Below, in pieces: positions 16,879 through 24,347 of a stretch of 32,000 nucleotides of DNA. The stretch spans positions 780,001-812,000 of the forward strand of contig NC_014148.1 in the NCBI RefSeq assembly GCF_000092105.1. Direction: 5' to 3'. The position numbers and the translations under genes were made by a program. Within the stretch, counting starts at the first letter, position 1. Every line of letters begins with the position of its first letter. The notes below the pieces were generated by a model, which worked only from the letters and a program-made list of their open reading frames with translations, ran no database searches and was not told the DNA's origin. Source of the stretch: Planctopirus limnophila DSM 3776 (GTDB lineage: Bacteria > Planctomycetota > Planctomycetia > Planctomycetales > Planctomycetaceae).

Positions 16879-17238
16879 ATGTTACGTGGTCTGATTCTGA
16901 TCCTCTTTGGCGGCACATTAGGTGCATCTACCATGTGGGGTGCGTTTAACTTTCATCTGGTCTGGACGGAAGATCGCCTGCTGATTGTGCAGCGAAGTGC
17001 TCCCAGCCTGAAAGATACTGTTGCCGATGTGCGTGCCTGGGGCCGGAGTGAATGGCTCAAACATCCGCATCTGACCCGTTCGATGATGGGGGCAGGACAT
17101 AAGAAAGTTATTGAAAAATCACTGCGAAACGAAGCGGGTGATTTTGTGGATCATGCTTTCTCGAATGTCTCCCAGGGAATGACCGGGAAACCCGTCAATT
17201 CGAGTGCCAACATGCTCTCGGCAACCCCCGGGCTCTAG
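16879..17238 (+). CDS. Small single-TM hypothetical protein
   Basis: ATG 16879 follows GCAGGGGG and gives MLRGLILILFGGTLGASTMWGAF, one hydrophobic helix followed by a ~95-aa soluble part. No motif recognised. It lies 101 nt upstream of the kinase-like gene. Confidence 0.4.
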   Translation: MLRGLILILFGGTLGASTMWGAFNFHLVWTEDRLLIVQRSAPSLKDTVADVRAWGRSEWLKHPHLTRSMMGAGHKKVIEKSLRNEAGDFVDHAFSNVSQGMTGKPVNSSANMLSATPGL

Positions 17239-17339
17239 TTGGAAGTTCCCTGCTGCTGGTCAGGCCTGTTCTCTCCACCACAGATTCTGCTCACGACCGG
17301 AAATGGTCCCGATCCGATTGATCAAACGATTTTCTGGCG

Positions 17340-19250
17340 ATGGCGGAGTCTTTCTTCGTGACTGTCACACTGATGCAGAATTCAGCCTCTGAACCATTCG
17401 AAAAGCTGCAGTTGCCAACCAACTCTGGGGTGCCCATGAAATGGTCGGCAACATCTCAACTGATCAGTCAGCTCAAAGAGGGGACGTTGCCACTCCGCGA
17501 GTGGATCTTGAATGGCACTGCGAAAATTGCCAAAAGCGGGCCGCATCGAGTTGTCTATCGAGTGAATTTGAACGACCGTGCGGTGTACATCAAGCAGTAC
17601 CTGACGAATGATCGCAAGTCAAAACTGCGGACCTGGCTTTCGGGAACTAAAGCGGCGCGAGAGCTTTCTGTCCTCCGGGCGATGCAGGCGGCCAATCTCC
17701 CGGTTCCCTTACCACTGGGGATCGGTGAGCCAGTGACATCTCGATCCCGACCAGTCGATACACCAGCAGAAACCTCGACAACATCTGAGCTGAATTTATC
17801 GTTTCTTGATGATCCGCAGAGCAGTTTTCTGGTCTTGGAAGCGATTGAGCCCACCATGTCGCTGGCCAATCTGATGCTGCGCTTCAGCGATGTCATGCAG
17901 TTCGACAAACTCGGCATTCGAGGTCGGCAGCATCTGTGTGTGACAGTGGCTCGCATGGTCGCGCGGCTTCACAAGAATAGGTTTGTGCATCGCGATCTGC
18001 AGGCAGAAAATCTGCTGATTGCTCCCGTTCAAAGTCATGGCCCGATGCGGATGTGGTGGGTCGATTTGAGTGATATCCGCCAGAAGTGGCTGAAGGTTTC
18101 TCCCCAGCAGATTATGCTCAATCTGGCGATGCTGAGGCATTCTCTGCATCGCCATCTTTCCAGTACCGACCAGCTGCGATTTCTCGCGGCTTATCTGACG
18201 GAACTGTCGAATCCTCAAGCAGCTGGCGCTGGAGAGATTTCCGAAGCTGAGCCCTCTGATCCTGCGGCTGTCGGTGATTCTGTCGATTTTCTGATTGCCC
18301 CAAAGCGTAAAAAGCTGAATGAGTTATCGCTGCCCCATAGCCTGCAGATTTCGAAGCCAAAGCTCAAAAACTGGATTGTGCAACTGAAGCAGGTGACGCA
18401 AAGCTATTCTATCCAGGCGTGGAAGAAGGCGGATCGCAAGTGGCGACGCGGAAACCGCCGCCTGCATATCGCTCAAGTGGGTGCACGCTCCGGCCGCTGT
18501 GTCGCGGGTATGGATGCTCAGTTGCTGAGACATCTCACCAGCAAGCCGTCTCAGCTTTTTTCACCTCCTTATCTGGTGCAATCGACCGAAGGGGCGGCTT
18601 TACAAAAAACGGCGATCATTCAGCTTCCCGTTTCCGGTTCGGTGATGCAGGCCGAACTTGTGGCTCGCCCTCTGGTTCGAGATGCTCATGATTCCTGGGC
18701 ACGTCGATCGTGGGAAAACGCCTATGCTCTGATGAGGCGGGGGTTCTCGACACCGGGGCCACTGCTTTATGTGGAGACTGAGACGGAGCAATATCTCGCC
18801 CGGGCTTATCACAATAAACAAAAGACAATCGCGGACTGGATCAGTGATCAGGGGCGGCTCTCGTTCCTGCCACAATCTGATGAAGTTCAGGTGGCCCATC
18901 GAGTTCTGGATACACTCGCCCGGTTGTTTCTATATGGTTTTAAGCCGGAAATCACCGATCTGGAGCAGTTTTTCGTCATCAAGCTGAATGGCCGCGTGTT
19001 GATTGCTCTGGCTGATCCTTCGCGGTTTGAGCAGCGAGAATCGGTGTCTTTCAAGCAGATCGCCGCCTCGCTGCGTGAACTGCACGACGCGACCATCGTG
19101 ATGACCAATCTGCGGACATCCACCTGTGCCCGCTGGCTTAAGCGGGTGGCGTGTAAGCTTCCTCCACTCACGTGGCGCATGCTTATGAGTGAAATCGTTA
19201 AGCAACGTCGCGACCGAATCGAAAATTATCGAAAGTGGCATGCCGCATGA
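17340..19250 (+). CDS. Tandem Kdo/WaaP-like (lipopolysaccharide-kinase family) protein: one kinase-like and one degenerate domain
   Basis: First half: VYIKQY (putative VAIK-type Lys), AARELSVLRAMQAANLPVP, catalytic-loop-like FVHRDLQAENLLI, and WWVDLSD in place of DFG. The second half repeats the layout (ARRSWENAYALMRRGFSTPGPLLYVE ... LARLFLYGFKPEITDLEQFFV ... IALADPSRFE), but the HxD...N and DFG-type residues are replaced. No signal peptide. The start is uncertain (17340, 17373 or 17436). Confidence 0.7.
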   Translation: MAESFFVTVTLMQNSASEPFEKLQLPTNSGVPMKWSATSQLISQLKEGTLPLREWILNGTAKIAKSGPHRVVYRVNLNDRAVYIKQYLTNDRKSKLRTWLSGTKAARELSVLRAMQAANLPVPLPLGIGEPVTSRSRPVDTPAETSTTSELNLSFLDDPQSSFLVLEAIEPTMSLANLMLRFSDVMQFDKLGIRGRQHLCVTVARMVARLHKNRFVHRDLQAENLLIAPVQSHGPMRMWWVDLSDIRQKWLKVSPQQIMLNLAMLRHSLHRHLSSTDQLRFLAAYLTELSNPQAAGAGEISEAEPSDPAAVGDSVDFLIAPKRKKLNELSLPHSLQISKPKLKNWIVQLKQVTQSYSIQAWKKADRKWRRGNRRLHIAQVGARSGRCVAGMDAQLLRHLTSKPSQLFSPPYLVQSTEGAALQKTAIIQLPVSGSVMQAELVARPLVRDAHDSWARRSWENAYALMRRGFSTPGPLLYVETETEQYLARAYHNKQKTIADWISDQGRLSFLPQSDEVQVAHRVLDTLARLFLYGFKPEITDLEQFFVIKLNGRVLIALADPSRFEQRESVSFKQIAASLRELHDATIVMTNLRTSTCARWLKRVACKLPPLTWRMLMSEIVKQRRDRIENYRKWHAA

Positions 19251-20224
19251 TGTGGGAGTGCAGGGCGCTGCAGATCCTGAAGATGGTGATCCTCACTTCA
19301 CTGGTGAGTCGAGAGCCGTTGCGCGAGTGTGCTGCTCATCTTCGCCGATTGGCCGGCAGAGTCCCCACGCGACTATTCGTCGGCTACCTGATGCTGGTCA
19401 TGGTTGCCTGTTCCGGTTGCCAGACTCAACCGAAATACACGGGCCTGCCCCGAAAGACCTCCATCAAAAACGATGGGTTGAAGGTGCTTTCCGATGTCAA
19501 GCTGGCCAAAGACCATGAACTGCTGGTTGACCTCGAAAACCTGAGAGATGAGATCGCGACTGAGTTGAATCTTCCGCCACAAAAGCAACAGGTGGTCGTT
19601 TACCTCTTTGGCTCCGAAGAGCGTTATCGCGACTACATGCGTTCTTCTTTTCCACAGTTGCCACCCCGACGCGCTTACTTTGTGGGTTCGAGTAAAGAGC
19701 TGGCGGTCTATACCTTCTGGGGCGAGCGTGTGCAGGAAGATCTCCGGCATGAATACACGCATGGGATCCTGCATGCCACGCTCAAAGATGTCCCTCTGTG
19801 GCTGGATGAGGGGCTTGCCGAATACTTTGAACTGGCTGGAAAACCCGGACAGATCAATCCCGAGTATGCCTCGCGACTTTCCGAAGCCATTGCCAGCGGC
19901 TGGGAACCGGACATGGCTCGTCTGGAAAGACTCGAAAGCGTGGGGCAGATGCAGCGGAGTGATTATCAGGAAGCGTGGGCCTGGGTTCACTTTATGATGC
20001 ATGATGGCGACGACTCGCGAGCCGTCCTTCTGGGATACTTGAAGACGCTGCAAACCCGGAAAGATGCCGGGAGTCTCGTGGCCCGGCTGCAAGAAGACAT
20101 CCCGTCGTTCAATGTCCGGTTTGCCAGTTATGTGGCGACCATCCGTATGCCGGGTGAAGTTCAGCAGGCCTCAGGAAAACGCCCCGTGATTCAACATGTC
20201 CTGGGCCAGCAGCCTGAAGAATAA
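19235..20224 (+). CDS. DUF1570-like HExxH (MA-clan-like) putative metallopeptidase, probably exported or lipid-anchored
   Basis: HEYTHGILHA followed by LWLDEGLAEYFE, i.e. HExxH plus a downstream Glu, the pattern I associate with DUF1570. A hydrophobic segment with a possible lipobox (LFVGYLMLVMVACSGC) is present. The start is uncertain: ATG 19235 overlaps the kinase-like stop by 16 nt, and ATG 19283 or 19391 are alternatives. Confidence 0.7.
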   Translation: MACRMMWECRALQILKMVILTSLVSREPLRECAAHLRRLAGRVPTRLFVGYLMLVMVACSGCQTQPKYTGLPRKTSIKNDGLKVLSDVKLAKDHELLVDLENLRDEIATELNLPPQKQQVVVYLFGSEERYRDYMRSSFPQLPPRRAYFVGSSKELAVYTFWGERVQEDLRHEYTHGILHATLKDVPLWLDEGLAEYFELAGKPGQINPEYASRLSEAIASGWEPDMARLERLESVGQMQRSDYQEAWAWVHFMMHDGDDSRAVLLGYLKTLQTRKDAGSLVARLQEDIPSFNVRFASYVATIRMPGEVQQASGKRPVIQHVLGQQPEE

Positions 20225-20357
20225 TCCCGGCATGAAAACCTGCTGATTTTCAGAGTTCAGGCGGACTTCGCTCCCGGCAATGCGTCAAGGCCCGATGCAG
20301 AATCGTGAGGTCAGGCGCAAGGCATGCTGATTGCAGTGAGTTGGCGTTGGTGAGATT

Positions 20358-21689
20358 GTGAATTCCACACTCTCCAAGGCGCGAGCAGTTTCTCGATGGA
20401 AAGTTTCAGGCATGCCCGGTCGCAGATGTTTCGATGTCTTTTTTCTGAGCACTCAAGTTCAGTTTTTCAGCAGGCCGTGTGGTGTTCATCTGCTTCGGAA
20501 AATCGGGATGGTGTTCTGTGCGATAGCGATCTGCGGAGTTTTGCTGACTGATCTGCCAGCGAAAGAAGCTGAAAGAACTCTTTCTCGACTGACCGATGCT
20601 GAACAGAAGCTCCTCGATCAAAGCCCTTTCTTCTGCGAAGTCAAGCAACACTTTGGCAAGTGGGATTTGAACCAGAATCAGGAACTCTCCACCGAAGAAA
20701 TCGAGTTGGCGCTGCACAATTCGAACGTCCGGAGTGCACAAGCTGCAGCGGTCACGTCCCTGCGGAGAGCTGTTCGCGGCGACAAGGAACTGGCGCCCCT
20801 TTCACTCGACAAGATCGCCAGAGGTGTCGTTACGAAGCCCACTGCTCAACCAGCTCCTCCCAAGTATCAGTCGATGTTTGAAACGGCCCTCAAGAAGATC
20901 GAAACCACAAAACGCGATCTCTTTGCTGATGGCCCACCCCAACTCGAATCGATCAGCCAGGGACGTCTGGGAGACTGCTTCCTGCTCGTCAGCATGGGAA
21001 CCTGTGCTTATTGCGATCCTGATCGCCTGATGAAGATGATGCAGCAACAACCCGATGGAAAAATCCTCGTCACGTTGGGCAATGGCCGTCAATTGACCAT
21101 TGAAGCACCCACTGATGGAGAAGTGGCCATTGGTGCGACATCTCGGAACACAGGTTGCTGGACAAACACTTATGAGAAGGCTGTCGGTACCGTCATGCTG
21201 GAACGCGCCAGCAAGAAAGGCACCCGACACGTCACTCCACTCAGTCTGATTGGTGTCGGTGGCACACCGAGTGTTCCTCTTGAAATTCTCACTGGCCACA
21301 AAGTGCGCAAGCACAGTTGCCAGCCCTATCGAGAAGCTAAAGATGAGTCAGGCCGCAGTACTGCGGACCTTTCTGCTCTGCGTGAAGATTTGAAACGGGC
21401 TTTTGCCGAAAAGCGACTGGTGGTGGGTGGTTGTGGCCCCAAAGGTTCGCAAACACTCGTTAAAGGGATTTACTACAACCATTCGTATGGTGTCCTCGAA
21501 TATGACGAAGTGACGGACACGGTTCTTTTCTGGAATCCCTTTGGTCACAAATACACCCCCAAAGGTCCCGATGGACTTGAGAACGGCTACACCACGACGA
21601 ATGGAAAGTTCCGTGTCCCATTGAATGAAGCTGTCATGTGGTTCGGCTCCTTCAGCATTGAGACGACCGAAGCAGCACCCGAGATGTGA
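20358..21689 (+). CDS. Calpain-type (peptidase C2-like) cysteine protease with an N-terminal EF-hand
   Basis: Catalytic triad motifs are QGRLGDCFLLVS (Cys codon 20976-20978), NHSYGVLEYD and LFWNPFG. A canonical 12-residue EF-hand loop DLNQNQELSTEE lies at 20664-20699. The likely start is ATG 20508 (MVFCAIAICGVLLTDLPA, signal/anchor-like) rather than 20358. Confidence 0.8.
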   Translation: MNSTLSKARAVSRWKVSGMPGRRCFDVFFLSTQVQFFSRPCGVHLLRKIGMVFCAIAICGVLLTDLPAKEAERTLSRLTDAEQKLLDQSPFFCEVKQHFGKWDLNQNQELSTEEIELALHNSNVRSAQAAAVTSLRRAVRGDKELAPLSLDKIARGVVTKPTAQPAPPKYQSMFETALKKIETTKRDLFADGPPQLESISQGRLGDCFLLVSMGTCAYCDPDRLMKMMQQQPDGKILVTLGNGRQLTIEAPTDGEVAIGATSRNTGCWTNTYEKAVGTVMLERASKKGTRHVTPLSLIGVGGTPSVPLEILTGHKVRKHSCQPYREAKDESGRSTADLSALREDLKRAFAEKRLVVGGCGPKGSQTLVKGIYYNHSYGVLEYDEVTDTVLFWNPFGHKYTPKGPDGLENGYTTTNGKFRVPLNEAVMWFGSFSIETTEAAPEM

Positions 21690-21712
21690 TTGTTCAACAG
21701 GTTCACGACTGG

Positions 21713-21863
21713 GTGGCTGGGGTCAAACGTCCTCGTTTGCCCCCAGTTTGCTTGACGCTGTTTGTTCGTCCCAATTTTCATGGGGATGAACTGGATCGAT
21801 GCATTCGTGCTGGTGAACTCGATTGACCAAGGGGCGGATGAAGACATCCGACCCTTGCCACCC
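21713..21863 (+). repeat. Dispersed noncoding repeat, copy B, flanked by a 33-bp direct repeat
   Basis: See copy A for the alignment. The flanks CCGAAGCAGCACCCGAGATGTGATTGTTCAACA (21667-21699) and CCGAAGCAGCACCCGAAATGTGATCGTTCAACA (21866-21898) are 31/33 identical. The first contains the stop codon of the calpain-like gene. Confidence 0.75.
21717..21753 (+). terminator. Terminator-like hairpin at the 5' end of repeat copy B (probable terminator of the calpain-like gene)
   Basis: CTGGGGTCAAACG-TCCT-CGTTTGCCCCCAG followed by TTTGCTT, starting 28 nt after the stop at 21689. Confidence 0.55.
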
Positions 21864-21991
21864 TGCCGAAGCAGCACCCGAAATGTGATCGTTCAACACG
21901 ATCCCGAAATCATCCTCAAAAACGATGATTGATCGAGGTACAGCTCTTAGCTGGTGATCGACTTACATCGGCCTGATCGTAAGTCAAATGG

Positions 21992-22675
21992 CTACTTTTT
22001 GGGTTCTTCCGGGGCCGGAGTGGTTGGTGGAGTCTTGAGATCCTTGATGATTTTCAGCTCAGGCCTGCTGACTTGAAGCTCTTGAAGATCAGCATCGGAG
22101 ACTTCTGTCTGCCACAAATAGAGCCTTTGTAACTTCGGAAGTTTTGCTAACCCCTTCACCCCGGCACCTGTCACCTTTGTTCCGTAGAGATTCAGATACT
22201 CGAGCTTTTCGAGCCCAGAAAGATGGGCCAGTCCGGCATCAGTGATCGCCGTCTTTTCCAGATGAAGTTTCAGCAGGTTTTTGAGCGTACCGACATGCAC
22301 GAGACCGGCATCGGTAATTTTGGTTCCACGGAGATTCAGAATCGCGACTTCGGGTAAGCCTGGGAGTAATGCCAACTGCTCATCGGTGACGGGTTGATCT
22401 GAGAGGTGAAAACTGACATCCAGCCGGGCATCCGTCTGAGCGAGTGCCAGCACCTGGCCCCCCTTTGATTTCACCTGAGCGATCACCTGCTTATGAGCCT
22501 CTGTGTAGGTGACTGGCTTTACGGTTGTCGCAGGAGTTCCCTCAGCCCCAATGGAGATGAAAGGGTTGGACCAGATGAACGTGGTCAATAGACCCAGGAA
22601 TCCCATACGAGCGACCACCGCAAGGCTTTGAACTTCAGGACGCATAGCCATCGTGAACTCCGCAATCATCGTCAA
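21992..22675 (-). CDS. Leucine-rich-repeat protein with an N-terminal hydrophobic anchor
   Basis: About five ~24-residue repeats of the form L..L.L..T.(I/V)TDAGL..L..L (e.g. LNLRGTKITDAGLVHVGTLKNLLKLHLEKTAITDAGLAHLSGLEKLEYLNLYGTKVTGAGVKGL). The N-terminal hydrophobic stretch is MGFLGLLTTFIWSNPFISIGA. The start is uncertain. Confidence 0.75.
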   Translation of the reverse strand: MTMIAEFTMAMRPEVQSLAVVARMGFLGLLTTFIWSNPFISIGAEGTPATTVKPVTYTEAHKQVIAQVKSKGGQVLALAQTDARLDVSFHLSDQPVTDEQLALLPGLPEVAILNLRGTKITDAGLVHVGTLKNLLKLHLEKTAITDAGLAHLSGLEKLEYLNLYGTKVTGAGVKGLAKLPKLQRLYLWQTEVSDADLQELQVSRPELKIIKDLKTPPTTPAPEEPKK

Positions 22676-22802
22676 GGTGTCAATTCTGGAAGTCGTCAGA
22701 GAAATACGACAGTTCTTTGACTTCGTGAATTTATCAGTGGTCTGTCGGTGATTCCAGAAGTCTCTTCGTGAAGAGTTGAAATTCCGGGAATGGTCAGTGC
22801 AT

Positions 22803-22838
22803 TAAAAAAGGAAGGCAACTCTCAAGAGCTGCCTTCCT
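22803..22838 (-). terminator. Intrinsic terminator of sucB
   Basis: The reverse strand reads GGAAGGCA-gctcttgagagt-TGCCTTCC followed by TTTTTT, about 55 nt downstream of the sucB stop. A second GC-rich hairpin, CGCGGTCGT-ctg-ACGACCGCG at 22855-22875, lies between it and the stop. Confidence 0.75.
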
Positions 22839-22892
22839 GTCACTAATTTCTGGGCGCGGTCGTCTGACGACCGCGTTGAACTCAAGCGGAAA

Positions 22893-24146
22893 CTAAACTT
22901 CGAGCATCAGCCGGAGTGGAGACTCGACACATTCCTTAATTCGCTTGAGGAAGCTGACGGCTTCTTTGCCATCGACAATCCGATGATCATAAGTGAGCGC
23001 GACGTACATCATGGGACGAGCCACAATTTGCCCGTTGACGACCATCGCCCGTTCCTGAATCGAGTGCATCCCGAGGACACCACTTTGTGGGGGATTGACA
23101 ATCGGAGTCGAGAGCAATGAGCCGTAAACGCCACCATTGGAGATGGTGAATGTCCCGCCTTCGAGATCTTGAGGCTTCAGAGAATTCTCCATGGCTCGTT
23201 TGGCGAGTTTGTTGATCGACATTTCGATCTCGGCAAAGGAGAGCTTTTCGGCACTGCGAATGACAGGCACGACAAGCCCTTTACCGCCACCGACGGCAAT
23301 ACCCATATCGACATAATCGTGCATGACGATATCGCCACCCTGAATCTCGGCATTGATCGCCGGATAAGCGAGCAGAGCGTTGATGGTGGCTTTCACGAAG
23401 AACGACATGAAGCCCAGCTTGATGCCGTATTTCTCGACGAATTTGTCCTGGTATTCTTTGCGCAGAGCCATAGCTGCGGACATATCAATTTCATTGAACG
23501 TCGTCAGCAAGGCGGCATTGTGCTGAGCCTCGACCAGTCGTTGGGCAATACGTTTGCGAATGGTGGTGAGCGGCTGGCGACGCACCACTCTTTCACCGGC
23601 AGGTGCAGTGGTTGTCGTGACAATTGTGGATGGTGCGGGTGCAGGTGCTGGTTTAGGAGCAGCAGGTGCTGGAACTGGTGCAGGGGTACCGCTGTGCCGC
23701 AGGACGTCTTCCTTAAGCAGGCGACCACCGGGTCCACTGGCAGTGACATCGGCAGCAGAGAGACCTTTTTCGGCCAGTGCCCGGGCTGCGGCTGGCATCA
23801 CAATCGTTTCACTGGTTGTTGCCGAAGGAGCAGGCCCGGTGCCATTGGTGGCAGGTGGGGTGCTGGCGGAAGCGGCTGGAGGAGCAGCAGGTGCGCTGAC
23901 GACAGCACCGGCATCGGCCAGTCGCGCGACAACGGCCCCAACGGCGACCGTTTCGCCAGGCTGAGCCAGAATTTCCTGAAGCACACCACCATGAGTGGCC
24001 ACAATGGGGAGTGTCGATTTTTCACTTTCGACCTCGACCAGTTCATCATCGGGCGAAATCGCTTCACCCACTTTTTTGAACCACTGACCAATGACGACTT
24101 CCACAATGGAGTCGCCGAAACTGGGAACCTTCACTTCGACCGGCAT
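22893..24146 (-). CDS. sucB: Dihydrolipoyllysine-residue succinyltransferase, E2 of 2-oxoglutarate dehydrogenase
   Basis: N-terminal lipoyl domain ([12 protein letters not shown]), Ala/Pro-rich linkers, peripheral subunit-binding domain ([16 protein letters not shown]) and catalytic domain ending in [17 protein letters not shown]. Confidence 0.95.
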   Translation of the reverse strand: MPVEVKVPSFGDSIVEVVIGQWFKKVGEAISPDDELVEVESEKSTLPIVATHGGVLQEILAQPGETVAVGAVVARLADAGAVVSAPAAPPAASASTPPATNGTGPAPSATTSETIVMPAAARALAEKGLSAADVTASGPGGRLLKEDVLRHSGTPAPVPAPAAPKPAPAPAPSTIVTTTTAPAGERVVRRQPLTTIRKRIAQRLVEAQHNAALLTTFNEIDMSAAMALRKEYQDKFVEKYGIKLGFMSFFVKATINALLAYPAINAEIQGGDIVMHDYVDMGIAVGGGKGLVVPVIRSAEKLSFAEIEMSINKLAKRAMENSLKPQDLEGGTFTISNGGVYGSLLSTPIVNPPQSGVLGMHSIQERAMVVNGQIVARPMMYVALTYDHRIVDGKEAVSFLKRIKECVESPLRLMLEV

Positions 24147-24347
24147 GACAGCCTCTTGCCTTCCCTCTTGAATATAAATCGATCCAGACTTGAATTGGGC
24201 CTAAGCCAGCTCAACTCGCATCCGTTAAGTTATTGCCCGACAAAACTGGATATCATCTATTGCGAATACGATTTCAACTCGAAACGAAAAACAGGCATGA
24301 CAAGCTGATTACGTTCAGTCTCGCCATGCCTGGCTCTTCGATCGATT

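Noticed and set aside
19373-20092. 239-aa - strand ORF inside the DUF1570-like gene
   Set aside because: It is antisense to an ORF that carries an HExxH...E motif, and it has no motif or start context of its own.
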